Source: the human T2T-CHM13v2.0 reference genome, Homo sapiens
DNA length: 64,000 nucleotides
Reading direction: 5' to 3' (one strand)
Assembly: GCF_009914755.1 (NCBI RefSeq)
Contig: NC_060934.1
Under the pieces are notes generated by a model that worked only from the letters and a program-made list of their open reading frames with translations, made no database searches and had not been told where the DNA came from. Shown here in pieces: positions 31,443 through 44,351 of the stretch. Each line of letters starts with the position of its first letter. Positions within the stretch are counted from its first letter, which is position 1. Both the position numbers and the translations under genes were made by a program.

Positions 31443-33243
31443 CCGCCCGCCTCTCCCCTCCCGAGTGCAGGCTTCCTGGGTCACCGTCCTCCTCTCCCCT
31501 CCCGAGTGCAGGCTTCCTGGGTCACTGTCCTCCTCTCCCCTCCCGAGTGCAGGCTTCCTGGGTCACCGTCCGTCTCTCCCCTCCCGAGCGGAGGCTTCCT
31601 GGGTCACCGTCCTCCTCTCCCCTCCCGAGTGCAGGCTTCCTGGGTCACTGTCCTCCTCTCCCCTCCCGAGTGGAGGCTTCCTGGGTCACCATCAGCCTCT
31701 CCCCTCCCGAGTGCAGGCTTCCTGGGTCACCGTCCGTCTCTCCCCTCCCGAGTGGAGGCTTCCTGGGTCACCATCAGCCTCTCCCCTCCCGAGTGCAGGC
31801 TTCCTGGGTCACCGTCCGTCTCTCCCCTCCCGAGTGCAGGCTTCCTGGGTCACCGTCCGTCTCTCCCCTCCCGAGTGGAGGCTTCCTGGGTCACCATCAG
31901 CCTCTCCCCTCCCGAGTGGAGGCTTCCTGGGTCACCATCAGCCTCTCCCCTCCCGAGTGGAGGCTTCCTGGGTCACCGTCCGTCTCTCCCCTCCCGAGCG
32001 CAGGCTTCCTGGGTCACCATCAGCCTCTCCCCTCCCGAGTGGAGGCTTCCTGGGTCACCGTCCGTCTCTCCCCTCCTGAGTGCAGGCTTCCTGGGTCACC
32101 ATCAGTCTCTCCCCTCCCGAGTGGAGGCTTCCTGGGTCACCGTCCGTCTCTCCCCTCCCGAGCGCAGGCTTCCTGGGTCACCATCAGCCTCTCCCCTCCC
32201 GAGTGGAGGCTTCCTGGGTCACCGTCCGTCTCTCCCCTCCCGAGTGCAGGCTTCCTGGGTCACCATCAGTCTCTCCCCTCCCGAGTGGAGGCTTCCTGGG
32301 TCACCATCAGCCTCTCCCCTCCCGAGTGGAGGCTTCCTGGGTCACCATCAGCCTCTCCCCTCCCGAGTGGAGGCTTCCTGGGTCACCGTCCGTCTCTCCC
32401 CTCCCGAGCGCAGGCTTCCTGGGTCACCATCAGCCTCTCCCCTCCCGAGTGGAGGCTTCCTGGGTCACCGTCCTCCTCTCCCCTCCCGAGTGGAGGCTTC
32501 CTGGGTCACCGTCCGTCTCTCCCCTCCCGAGTGGAGGCTTCCTGGGTCACCATCAGCCTCTCCCCTCCCGAGTGGAGGCTTCCTGGGTCACCGTCCATCT
32601 CTTCCCTCCCGAGCGCAGGCTTCCTGGGTCACCATCAGCCTCTCCCCTCCCGAGTGGAGGCTTCCTGGGTCACCGTCCTCCTCTCCCCTCCCGAGTGGAG
32701 GCTTCCTGGGTCACCGTCCGTCTCTCCCCTCCCGAGTGGAGGCTTCCTGGGTCACCGTCCGTCTCTCCCCTCCCGAGCGCAGGCTTCCTGGGTCACCATC
32801 AGCCTCTCCCCTCCCGAGTGGAGGCTTCCTGGGTCACCGTCCTCCTCTCCCCTCCCGAGTGGAGGCTTCCTGGGTCACCGTCCTCCTCTCCCCTCCCGAG
32901 TGCAGGCTTCCTGGGTCACCGTCTGTCTCTCCCCTCCCGAGTGCAGGCTTCCTGGGTCACCGTCCTCCTCTCCCCTCCCGAGTGCAGGCTTCCTGGGTCA
33001 CCGTCCTCCTCTCCCCTCCCGAGTGCAGACTTCCTGGGTCACCGCCCTCCTCTCCCCTCCCGAGTGCAGGCTTCCTGGGTCACCATCAGTCTCTCCCCTC
33101 CCGAGTGCAGGCTTCCTGGGTCACCGTCCTCCTCTCCCGTCCCGAGTGCAGGCTTCCTGGGTCACCATCAGTCTCTCCCCTCCCGAGTGCAGGCTTCCTG
33201 GGTCACCGTCCGTCTCTCCCCTCCCGAGTGCAGGCTTCCTGGG
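31443..33243. repeat. 41-bp VNTR, ~44 copies, highly homogeneous
   Basis: Unit ctctcccctcccgag(tgc/tgg/cgc)aggcttcctgggtcac(cgtcctc/cgtccgt/catcagc). Confidence 0.98.
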
Positions 33244-33944
33244 GCAGGGCTTCGCCTGCTTCCTGCAATTGTGTCCAGGGCGCAGGAAGCTGCCCAGCAC
33301 AGGCAGTGGCACTGACACGGGGTGAAAGACCATGAGCGCTCCTCGGGACATCTGGCCTTTCACCTGTGCATGGTTGGGAGGGAGACGGGTTTCTTCCTTG
33401 GTCCTCCCACTCGCTCCTGTTTTTCAGGGCCCCTCCTCTCCCTGTGGAGCTCCAGTGAAGACCCCTCTCCAGGAGCCCCTAACCCCAGTTCCAGATAAAC
33501 CTTCTGTTTTTCCTAAAACTGTCAGAACCCAGTTCTGGTGCGGAGGTAAGACAACTCAAAAACGTGTATTTGCCGTTTCTTTCTTTGAGAAATCTGTAAT
33601 AGGCTAAGGAACAATTGATCAATATAAATAAAGTTTTAACGGTGGAATTTCAGGTATCAGCATAGATGGAGAAGAGACTTTCGTGCCTCTGACCCTCAAA
33701 TTACCCAGCTCTCGGCTCTGCGTGGATTGGCGTGCCCGTTTACCTGAGAGGCCAGGTTCACATTTGGGAAGAAGAGATTTTCTCCCTCCGCAGCAGCAGC
33801 GCAGCCTGCACGAGGTTGCTGGGGGAAACAGACCGCTCTGTCTTTGGGGTCTTGATGGGTAGAGTGGTTTGCCAGAGAACCACCGAAGAGCCTTCCAGGG
33901 ACTTCTAAGAGTGGGCACTTACTTCAGCCCTGGGAAATCTCTCC

Positions 33945-34015
33945 TCAGAGCCTGGCACAGGTTTTGGTATCAGCGGGGCCACGACAAATGTTCACTGAAT
34001 GAGTAAATGAATGAC
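33945..34015 (+). mobile_element. L2 3' end
   Basis: cagagcctggcacag...caaatgttcactgaatgagtaaatgaatga. Confidence 0.6.
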
Positions 34016-37000
34016 ATGGAATGTAGGAAACACGAAATAAAATGAACTGAGAAGATTTGCAGGGACTGGTTATTTTGTCCATCTCCAAACACAGAGGAAA
34101 CACCCTGACTCCCCCTGGCCGCCTACAGGGGCCAATGGCAGTCAGTCCCCTGTGCTGAAGTGCCGGCTGTTTTCTAAGAGGCTGAAGGAGGGTATTTATA
34201 GTTCATGAGTAACAAGGAGAAACCACCTCTGGAGATCTCCTCCTCTCTCAGAAATCTTTGCGATGATATGAAGAGGGATGGTGTTTTGGGCCCGTGATGG
34301 GTGACGCCACCCCAGATTTGCAGATGAGACCCTTTTATGGGACAGGTGGGCACTGGTCAAATGACATTTATAAAGAATCTGGCCAATCATATCTTTTTTT
34401 TTTTGGCTCCTGGTTTTCATTACCACTCAGCATTTCCCACCTTTCCGACTGAAGCTCAGTCAATTAGCAGGGTCTAGCAGGGTCCCCGGCCCGGTGCCTG
34501 GGGTCCCTCTGCCTCTCAGCTTCCCGGGAAGTGGCTAATGAGTGCTGAGATACAAGAGGGGGAGTGTGACAGATGCTCTGTGGGGGTCGTCCTGCTGTGT
34601 GATGATCACGCCCTGAGACGCATTCGTAAATGTGGTCTTTCCTACGTTCAGGGTTTTTGTAATATTATTTGAAGGATGTACCAGCTTGTCACTGAGTGTG
34701 CCAGGGAACCACTGACCAGGGAAGTTTATTTGTGCTGTGTCACTAGGACTATGAGTAATAATAACAACAATAATAATGAAACAAAGGGAAGAAAACCCAG
34801 CAGGGGGCTGCCCTTGAGAGTGCCCTGAGGGACACACAGGAGGCCCTGGTGGGAGGCTGCCCCAAGGAAGCCTTGCATTCTAGGATGTCACAGCCTGCAT
34901 CTGGCCTGTGCTTGGGAGGTGCCAGTGCAGCCACACTTTCCATTTCTGTCTCTTATTTTGGAGGTTGGCTTTGAGGGATGAGGACAAACGTGAGGAGCGA
35001 GAATTAGCAGGTTCAGATCAGGGGAAAAGCATGAACCGCAGATGGAATGGGGTGTGTGGTGGGCAGGGTTGGAGGCACCGCTGAGCGTGGGCAGAGAGGG
35101 GACAGGCTCCAGGGCTCTGCCTGCCACGTGGAGCCAGCACCTGCAGCTGTCCTGCGTCTGTCTCTCCTGCGTGGGTCGGCAGAGCAGCGTGGGCTCCCCC
35201 AGGCCAATTCCACCGCAGGGCTGAGCCCTGGGCCTCCCTGAGTCCGAGTCCGGGCAGCAGTTTTACCATAAAAGGCGCATTTAGCAAACACACCTCAGGG
35301 CCTGGACTCTGTGTCACAACTTCCTGAAGTGCACAGAGTGAGACACATCGTGGTGAATCGCTGGCCTCTCACTGCTCCCAGCAACCAGCAAAGCAAGTCA
35401 CGGCAGCACACGGAGATGGATTTTCTGGGAGAAAGGCAGCCGCAGTGCTCTCTACTAGATGCCCTGAAAATCAATCTGCAGCCCACTCCAGCCTGGTAAA
35501 ATTAGATCTAAAACTGGTTAATTTAGTTTCAGGAGTGTTTTCCCACCTGATGCCAGGCCTGAAGACACCATGCAGTAAAGCACCCTGAGCTACTGCCAGC
35601 CCGTGCTCCTCCTCTGGGTGGGGACAACGCAGTGCTCCATGGCACTGAGGGGCTGGTGCCCGGGACGAGATGGCACTGCTCCCCTCCCCACCTGGTCACT
35701 GAGAGCCTCCTTTTCATGCTGTTCTTCTGCGTTCCACACGGTTTGTAAAAAGGCGTGGCATGTGGATGGTTTTAATTTGCCTGAGTGGGAGGGCTTATGG
35801 CTTTGGAGTTGGAGCCCTGGGACAGCTGAATGTTCTAGAAAGCAGCTGTTTTGCAGCTAAGGCCTCAGCGACGGCTGAGTCAGGGAGGGCCGGGAACGAC
35901 CTCAAGGCAGGAGGGAAGAAGGCCTGAGAATCATCACTGTCTCCCCCGGAACCTTAACCGCTGGGGCCCCTGACCACGATTGGAAAACTGGAAAGAGCAA
36001 GCGCAGTATCAGAGAGTCCCAGGACCCCTCGCCAGGGCCCCAGCCTGGCATGAAATGGGATTACATGCCTCCCATTGTGTGTCCCGGCAGCCACAAACAC
36101 CGTCAGGCCCAGCGTCACCCTCCCCACCTCCCGGATGAGAAGGAGCCTCCGGAGCAGCTGAGGGACCCACTGTGGAGGCAGCCGGGTGGGGGACGGCCCG
36201 GTGTGTGTGGTCTGGTCGTGACTTTCCCACAAGGCATCACCCATGGGAAGGAGGCGTGATGATGGTAAGCAGCACAGAGCCCTGCGGGGACCAGGGTTTT
36301 GGAACACCCCGGCCTTCGGTCATGCTGCGGGAAGCCTGGGTCCTCTCCCTGTCAGAGAAGACAGCTGGGTTCTGGGGTTTCACAGCACACGGGTACCCCC
36401 GGTTCCAGGACTGACCATGGAGGGCAGGTGCCAGCGCTGTTCGGGGCCTCCGGTGATGGTCCCAGCTCCCTTCCCACAAAGGCCAGGTGCAGCCTTGGAA
36501 TCCTCTGACACTTGGATCCCCATGGATTCAATGGGAGCTCGCATGCTGTGAAGATGGCGGTGCATTTTAAACGGCACCAGCAAGGAGGCTACACTGTGTA
36601 TCCCGTGTCCCCATTTCTACCGAAGAGCGGCGGCTTCACGGCGGTTTGGGAGTGGGGTCCAGGCTCTGTTCTGCAGAGTCCCTGTTTTTCTGTGAGCCTC
36701 ACGCTCTCTAGAGGAGAATGAGCCACTGAGCAAGCAGTTTCTTGCTTGTCTTTAGAAAACTGCAGCGAGGCCTGGGGAGCGGTTCCCAAAGTGTGTTCTG
36801 CCAAACACAAACAGGTGCTAGTGCCCAGAGCATTTCCACGAGCGTGTACTTGTGGAGGGCTGAGTTCTACAGAATTAAGCAGATTTCTTTATGGAAGGGC
36901 TTCCCGGGGCTTGTAATGCACATTGTGCTGATACAATTTGAAAATCTCCAAAATGGAGTAAACACACAGCCTCTCTCATGACCTTGGAACTCGATTTTCA

Positions 37001-40000
37001 TGAGCATCTCACGGAACTTCTGTTCCACGAGACAGACTGGAGAAGTGCTGACATCTGGGGTGTCATGAGGCCTGGCTAATATCTTGGGAACTGCCCTGCA
37101 GACATTTCCTAAGTGAAGCAGCAGACAGACCTCATTTAGCCTGTGCTGAGCCCCAGGATGAGGGGTAGGGAAGGAAGGCTGTCTCATTCTGCTCTGGTCC
37201 AAAGTCAGTGTTTACGCGTGCGCGCGCCGGTCTGGCCAGGGGTAGGGCGCCTTCTAAAATCTACTTCTGAGCGATTTGCTCATCAACGGCTATTCTGCAC
37301 ACACACGTGGGGAGCCTGCCACGTGCCCACTCTGCTCTGCCTGGTGGGGTCGGGGGAGAATAGAACAGAGGGAGTTTCACTGAGAAAAAATGCTGTGTGG
37401 AATTGGTGCGTGGTTAGCATAAAGGAAGCCACTTAGCTCACACAGGCCTGGAAATGCGGGCTGTTGCAGTATGTCATTTACATCAAACTGTGAATTCTCA
37501 AATATGTGAATCAATCAAAGACGGCTGATGGAGGGGCTCAGCCAATGGCGCACACTGTCATCGAGTCGGAGGCGGCCCCACTTCAGTGGAGAGTCATCCT
37601 GCCTTCCTCGCCATCAGCTCCCATCTCCTTCTGGTCAGAGGAAGCCTCCTCCCTGGGGCCACCCCTCCTGCCCCGCAGCTTCCTGAGTGGATGAGGCTGA
37701 CCCCTCAGCTCCAACGGGGGCTCTGATTAACCTGATCAGCATAAACCTACTCTCCTGGCAAAAAGGGACTCCACAATTTGCAGTGTCCAGTGTAAAACAG
37801 AAATGTTCGAAAATCACTAAGAATTTCAAGATGGCGCCAGCAGAGCATGAAGCTGAGGCCGGGACCTTCCAAGTGGAACTGGGCCGGCTCCTGCCCCACG
37901 CCCAGATGCCACCCTCCTCCCTGGTGTTTGTTCCGTGAGGGGCACAGGACTCAGCTCAGGGCGGCGGAAGTCCGTCTTCCTGCTGGGGCAGGTGCGCTCG
38001 TGCGCCTGGAGCTCTGCTGGGTCCTGCAGGCACCGTGTGCGGCTCTCGTGGAAGCAGCCGGAGGTGGGGATGGAGAAAGGCCGGCTGCTGCCTCCACTGG
38101 ACCCTGACCCCAGCCGCTGCTCAACTCGTTTTTTCTTTTCTGAGCCAGCCGCTGCTCAACTTTTCAGTTCCAAGAGCCAAGATTGTGCCTTCTAACACTT
38201 GCAACCAAAGAGGTCCTGATTCGTACAACCCTTGTGACCAAATATCTCAAGCGTCTTCTCTGGGCTTGGAGTCCCCCATGTGTAAAGGGGCAATCACGAT
38301 GTCTCTTTCAGTCATTGCGGGGGCCCTATCTGGGTCGTCACTCACACCCCGATGCAGGAGCAAGGCTAAGCTTGGTCCTGGTCAGGTGTGGACTGTGCTC
38401 CTTGAAATTATATATACGTTTTTTAAGGGCTTTTGCTACTTTTGTCAGTGAGAGCCATTCTCATTTATTCCTGCCTTATTCATGCCAGAATGAACCAACT
38501 TAGGCAGCAGCTCTGGGTGAGCTAACGGGGAAGCCACTTCGACAAGCTCAGAGCTTGCACTCCACGTGAGGGGACCGGCAGCTGCCCACTCTGAGGGAGG
38601 GCACCGTGGCCCCAGGCGTAGCTGATCTGCAGACCCCCTAGCTGTCATTCTCAGAGCTGCAGCCTGGGACCCACTCGGCCTGCAGCAAGGACAAGTTCCT
38701 CTGTAACCCACAGGCTTTCTCATGCAATGCAGTATTGGAGGCACGTCCCTCCCAGTCTCCTGTTGCCCCTAAATCTGCTTTCATTCATCATTGTAGTGCT
38801 CCTACAGTCCCCACGTCCTAGCCTCCCCTGCTCCTGCCTCCCCGATTGGAGGCAGTTAGAGCACACCTGTGTCATCTGGGTGTGTCTGCAGGGCACTGTC
38901 CTGTGAATATCAACCAGGCCAGTAGTTGTGGGGAGCGACATTGCACCCCAGGGTCACCAGCCACCCCCCATCCACTCTCAGCAAGCCAGGGTCAGGGGCT
39001 TCCTGTGGTGCAGGGGCTTCTGTGTCCCCACAGCTGGAAAGCTCTAGGCCAACAAAGATGAAACAGCTCCCAGCGCAGGGCCCCTGCCACCTAGGTGCTT
39101 TCCTAAAGATGAGCTCTAGAGGCCAAGCTGCTTACTTAGTTAAAACAAGCGTTTTGGCTCAGAAGGAGCAGGAGAAGCTGCTGCCAGGAGCTCTATGCTT
39201 GGCCATGAGGAGAGCAGGACACAGGGAAGGGCATGGAACGGCTCACGGGGGACCTCGGGAGATGCCCAGGCTGGTCTCGCAGGCCCTACCACTGGGGACC
39301 TGATGGGGCTAAGCATCTCCCCTTGGCAGGTGCTGAGATGCCCCTCAGTGCCCAGCACAAATAATTCTGCAGAGATGCTGCCCATTTGCCGGCTGCCATC
39401 CAGCAGACGCCAGGGAGACGCTGCGTGGTGATGAGTGCGCAAGAACCAGCGTGGGCTCCACTCCTCCCGCCTGTGCCCTGAAAAAAGTGTGTCATTGTGT
39501 CACTTGATTTTCTCAGTGACAACCATGTGGGGCTCTGCAGGTAGAAAAGTGACCACTTGTGTCAGGCACTGAGCTGAGCTGAATCCAAATTCAGCAAAAC
39601 CTCTCCTCTCTGGTGCCTGGCGAGTCTCTTAAAGCTGCTCGGAGACCTGTAAGCTCGCCGGCTTCGGGGCAAGTTCCTTCCGTTTGACCGGCCAACAGTG
39701 ACATTCGTGGACCCAAAGGACCCTGGACAGACCCCTGAGGGAAAGTGATGGGCAATTGTTTTGAACTCTCCAAAAGGGAGCTGGAACAGAATATATTAGG
39801 AGCAACTTTCCCATCCCAGCGAGACTTGGGTGAATTCCCCGGGAGCTCACGCTTTCTACATTGGTCCTTTTCGTTAGATTGTTTAAGGACACGCAGCTTG
39901 TTAAAGCAGCAGGACCCTGTGTCCCTTTATGTGCAAATTAAATCTCAGGTCGATGCCTCCTACATACAATTCCCGGCGCCTGCGTGGAGGATCGTTGCGT

Positions 40001-40378
40001 CTTCAGAAACTGCTCCCAGCTCCGAGGGCTCCCAGAGCCTGTGGGGTCATGCGGGGGCCCAGCTGACAAACCACAGAGGTAACGGGGCAGAGGTAACGCT
40101 GCCCAGGCCCCATTATGCATGTTGATCCTGTGCCAGATGCAGTAAGAGGCTCAGTGCTAAGGAGAATTCACATTTACCACACCTTGACTGTGTTCCAAAA
40201 ACTCATGAAGCATTCATTGATTTAGACATGTTCCCTCAACCACTGCTCGTGGGGTCTTCTGAGCTACCTACAATTACTCTCCTTCCAATCTTGAGCTTCA
40301 ATTTGCTGAAACTCAGGCTGGCTCTAGCGCCTCCACAAAATGAGAGATCTCCAGAAATAAGGGTTCAAGATTCAATGT

Positions 40379-40617
40379 GGTCAGGAGTTCGGGACCAGCC
40401 TGGCCAACGTGGCAAAACCCTGTCTCTACTAAAAATACAAAAATTAGCCAGAGGTGATGGTAGGGGCCTGTAATCCCAGCTACTCAGGAGGCTGAGGCAG
40501 GAGAAACACTTGAACCTGGGAGGCAGAGAGGTTGCAGTGAGCAGAGATCGCACCACTGCACTCCAGCCTGGAAGAGTGTGAGATTCAGTCTCAAAAAAAA
40601 AAAAAAAAAAAAAAAAA
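40379..40617 (+). mobile_element. AluS-type, 5'-truncated, with a long A-tail
   Basis: Starts ggtcaggagttcgggaccagcctggccaac; right arm complete. Confidence 0.95.
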
Positions 40618-40696
40618 TTTAAGATGTTTCTTGGGAAATGTACCAGAATCCACCCACATCTTTACAATGTATGTTGAAGCCTCTAAGAAGCTGTGC

Positions 40697-41055
40697 ACCA
40701 AGATACACCCATTTATTAACCCCCCTAGATACACCTGTTTATTAAACCCTTCGCCAAGATGCACCCATTTATTAAATCCTTCTCCAAGATACACCTGTTT
40801 ATTAAACCTTCCGCCAAGATACACCCATTTATGAAACCCTTCGCCATGATACACCCGTTTATTAAACCCTTCCCCTAGATACACCCGTTTATTAAACCCT
40901 TCGCCAAGATACACCTGTTTATTAAACCCTTCTCCAAGATACACCCATTTCTTAAATCCTTCCCCTGGATACACCCATTTATTAAACCCTTCGCCAAGAT
41001 ACACCCATTTATTAAACCATTTGCCTAGATACACCTGTTCATTACACCCTTCACC
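40697..41055. repeat. 30-bp minisatellite, ~12 copies
   Basis: Unit caagatacacc(c/t)(a/g)tttattaaacccttc(g/t/c)c. Confidence 0.95.
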
Positions 41056-42899
41056 TGTAGACTTGGGCTATGTGTTATTCTTTTTAAAATCTCCAGCCAT
41101 GGTGGAGGTGTGGATTTTCACTGCGATGAGCTTGCTGAAGGATCTGTGGATTGCAATGTCACCCTGGCCCTCACCCAGCTGCTCTCCTTGCAGGTCTGGT
41201 TAGCCCAGGGCCTGCTTCCTTCTGTGTGTGGGCCCTCCCCAGGGGCTCAGGCAGGGAGCTGAAGGACACACCTCACTCTCAGGACACTTGCTGTCTGTGA
41301 TCACCTTGCCAAGGTACCTGCTTTCCATCCAGCTCTAAAGCCGTGTGGGCTCGGTACCCGGGAAGGAGAGAGTGGCCTGGGGGACCTCGTGGAAGGCTGG
41401 AGGGGTCACTGAAGCCCACAGAGGATCACCTCCTAAAGTGTCTCCTTTCTTCTTCATCTCTGTGGCTTCCCTACCTGGGGACCACTGGTCGCTAGAAATA
41501 AACTTGGCCTTGACTTTCCCTCCTATGGGTTGATGGGTCTTTCAAACTTTGGTGGAACTCCCAGACAATTTAATTTTGGGCTGTGTTGGCTAGGGATGTT
41601 CCCTTTTCCCAGGTTGTCTGAAATAAAGAAGGCTTTGGCGGGGGAGCCCTGGCACCCCTTGTGACTGCTGTGAAGGTGAGTGCCAGGGTGGATCTGGGGC
41701 TGCCCACGGGTTCGATGACACCAACGCCCTTTCCCCCATTGTCAACCCCCTGGCCCTGCAGTTGGGGCCCTGATTCCTGCACGTCCCAGGACTGGACGAG
41801 GATTGCCGGCTTTCCTACTTCACAGATGATGAATGGGGGGAGTGGCCACAGCTTGCAGGAAAAGAGGAGGAGCTTATGCCCCCCTCGCCAGAAGCAGCCC
41901 ATCCCCATCCTCCCCAGAAGCAGCCTTCCTTGGGATGGCCAGGGACGCTGGTGATCTGGGCCCTGGGGGATGCGTCTCCTCCTTTGGCTGTGCGGCTGCA
42001 TAAAGCAGGCATCCATAAAGCCCACTTATTTTTACGACCTTGCATTAAATTAAATGTGTTATTTTATGCAGGTGCTTACAAAGTCCACTGAGTAGCCTCT
42101 GATGGCTCCCTGGTTCCCTGACACAGTGGCAGGACTGGCACAGACCGAGCGGACCCCACACTGATTTGCTGTTCTCGGGACAGCACAGGAACAGCCGGGC
42201 AGCACCACTGACTCCTGGGAAGCAGGACGATGACCTGCAGTCACCTGCAGCTCCTGTGCTGTCCTCTGTCTTCTACAAGTGCCATTGGAAGGGGTCCCGG
42301 GTCCGACGTCTCCGGCGTCCTTCTGAGCCACTGCTACTCCTGAAGAGGGTACAACGGCCGGGGTGGGGTCTCTGGCTTAACCCCTGGCGGTGGTCCCATT
42401 GGTGACCCACTGGCCTTTTTCTCTGCAGGGCTAGGCTGCCCTTAAAAAATGGTTTCAGGTTGAGAGAGACTCAGAGGCTTGGGGAAGTTGACGGTAGGGG
42501 GCAGGGAGTCATTGCTTCCTGGGGCCTCAGCCTGCATTCTGTTGGATTATGCCTCAGCCCAGGAGTCCCGGCTGCCCTTCCTCGGGGCATAGTCCTAGCC
42601 CAGCACTGGCAGAGACGGTCTTCCTGGGGCTTCTGAGAATTCAAGATCCTGGCATCAGATGAGTGACGGTGTTCTGAGAGAGCTCAACCTGCTTCCCAAG
42701 GTGGTGCCCTCCCCCACCTCCAGGATGGAAGATTCTCCCGAGCATGTCCTGGGGGTTGCTCTCGCCCGGCCTCCATCCCCAGGCCCTCCTTCCCCTCTGC
42801 ATGACTGTTCTGTGGGGGGAACTGGGCAGACAGACCCAAAGCCTCCCAGCAGAAGAGAGAAGTGAGGAGGCTGGAGGCCAATGCTTTCTTTGACTCTAA

Positions 42900-43720
42900 A
42901 ATGAATTATCTCAGTATTATAGAAAATATAAAAATATACAATAATATTTAAAAAGGAAATTGCATTGTCACACACCCCACCTTCCAAGGGCTCACACTGT
43001 TAATTATTTTGCAGAATATTTTATACTGTCTTAGCTTGAGAGGCAAGATATTAGACGAATAGAAATTGGATTTAATTTGTAAATATGGGTGCATGCATCC
43101 TTCTTAATGAAGCTGAGATCATGCTTTACATGGTTTGGCAATCCCCTTTCCCATTTAATATTACATTGTGAACATTTTTCATTATCTAAAATATTCTTTA
43201 AAACACGAGTTAAAATGTCTACATAACACATTCCAATGAAAATATATCCCACAGCATGGTCGACCATTCCCAGATTGCTGGATATACAGGGAGCATCAGT
43301 GTTTTTAGATATTGTGTAGATACGTGCTCACATGTGATATGCATATTATTAAGGATGCTGCACTGAACATCTTTACACATGAGTCTTGAACCACATCTAT
43401 GATGATCTTTCAGTTCACACTCTTAGAAATGCAATAGCTGAGCGAAAGGGAGTCAAGAATGTCAGGGCTCTCGATTTCCAAAATCAAATTAGTTTTACAG
43501 TCACACCGAGTCCCAGGGCCACCCGTCCAGCATGAATATGCCCATCTCACTCAACCCTTGCCAGCCGTGAGTGCAATTTTAAAAGCTTGCTGCCCGTCGG
43601 AAACCAGAAAGTCACCCTATGGCTTTGACCTGTCCTTGTTGGTAACCAGGGAGGCTCGGCTGTTGTGTGTCTTGGTGAGCCTGTGTGAATCCTTTGTTCA
43701 CTGGGCTCTGGATTTCACTT
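42900..43720 (-). mobile_element. Decayed L1M (L1ME/L1MC-like) 3' region
   Basis: AT-rich block with gatgctgcactgaacatctttacacat...cttagaaatgcaatagctgagcgaaaggg, antisense L1 3' motifs. Confidence 0.6.
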
Positions 43721-44153
43721 GCCTCCCAGCCTCTGTGGACTGAGAGAGACCACGGCCACACACTGGTAGCTGGGAATTGTGTCTGCACCAGCACACAGGG
43801 AGTGGCCTGGGTCTTGCTCTGTCTGCCTGGGACCCAACGCCTGCTGCAGGCTCAGAGGATGAGGGTGGCCGCGGCTCCTCACCCACTGTGGCTGCAGCTG
43901 GGCTGGCCGGGTTGTGTTCCAGAGCTGCTGGCTCCGTGGTGGTGGCGTCAGTGATTGCAGAGGAGGCTGGGCCGGCTGTGCTGCTCTCTGGGGAGACCTA
44001 ATGAGCTCCTGCTCACTCCTCAGGCTGATGCCCATGTCTCAGTCTACCCTGGACCCTTGGACATGCTCTGTTCACACCACATACCCCTGAAGCACGCTTG
44101 GCCCACGGAGCCCCCGCATCCAGCCCGGGGCAGGTATCTCTGCCTTCCTCGAC

Positions 44154-44224
44154 CCGCCCTGCCTGACAGCGGGCTCCCACCTTCGTCGCCCCGCCCTGCC
44201 TGACGGCGGGCTCCCACTTCGTCA
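44154..44224. repeat. ~37-bp tandem duplication (2 copies)
   Basis: ccgccctgcctgac(a/g)gcgggctcccac(c)ttcgtc occurs twice. Confidence 0.85.
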
Positions 44225-44351
44225 GTGCATTCTGCAAACTTGACTTGACCTGCAGCCAAACAGAGAATTTTTCTCTTTTCAGATGTTTCATCTCTGTGGC
44301 CACCTGAACCCCATCTGCGTGGGGCATGTGGCTTGGCCATCGCTGTGGCAA

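Noticed and set aside
31429-33335. 609, 592, 411 and 216-aa ORFs
   Set aside because: They lie within the 41-bp VNTR; all frames give the same repeat, several start at non-ATG codons, and there is no domain or exon structure
40591-41034. 147-aa YLGEGFNKWV-repeat ORF
   Set aside because: In-frame 30-bp minisatellite running into the Alu poly-T
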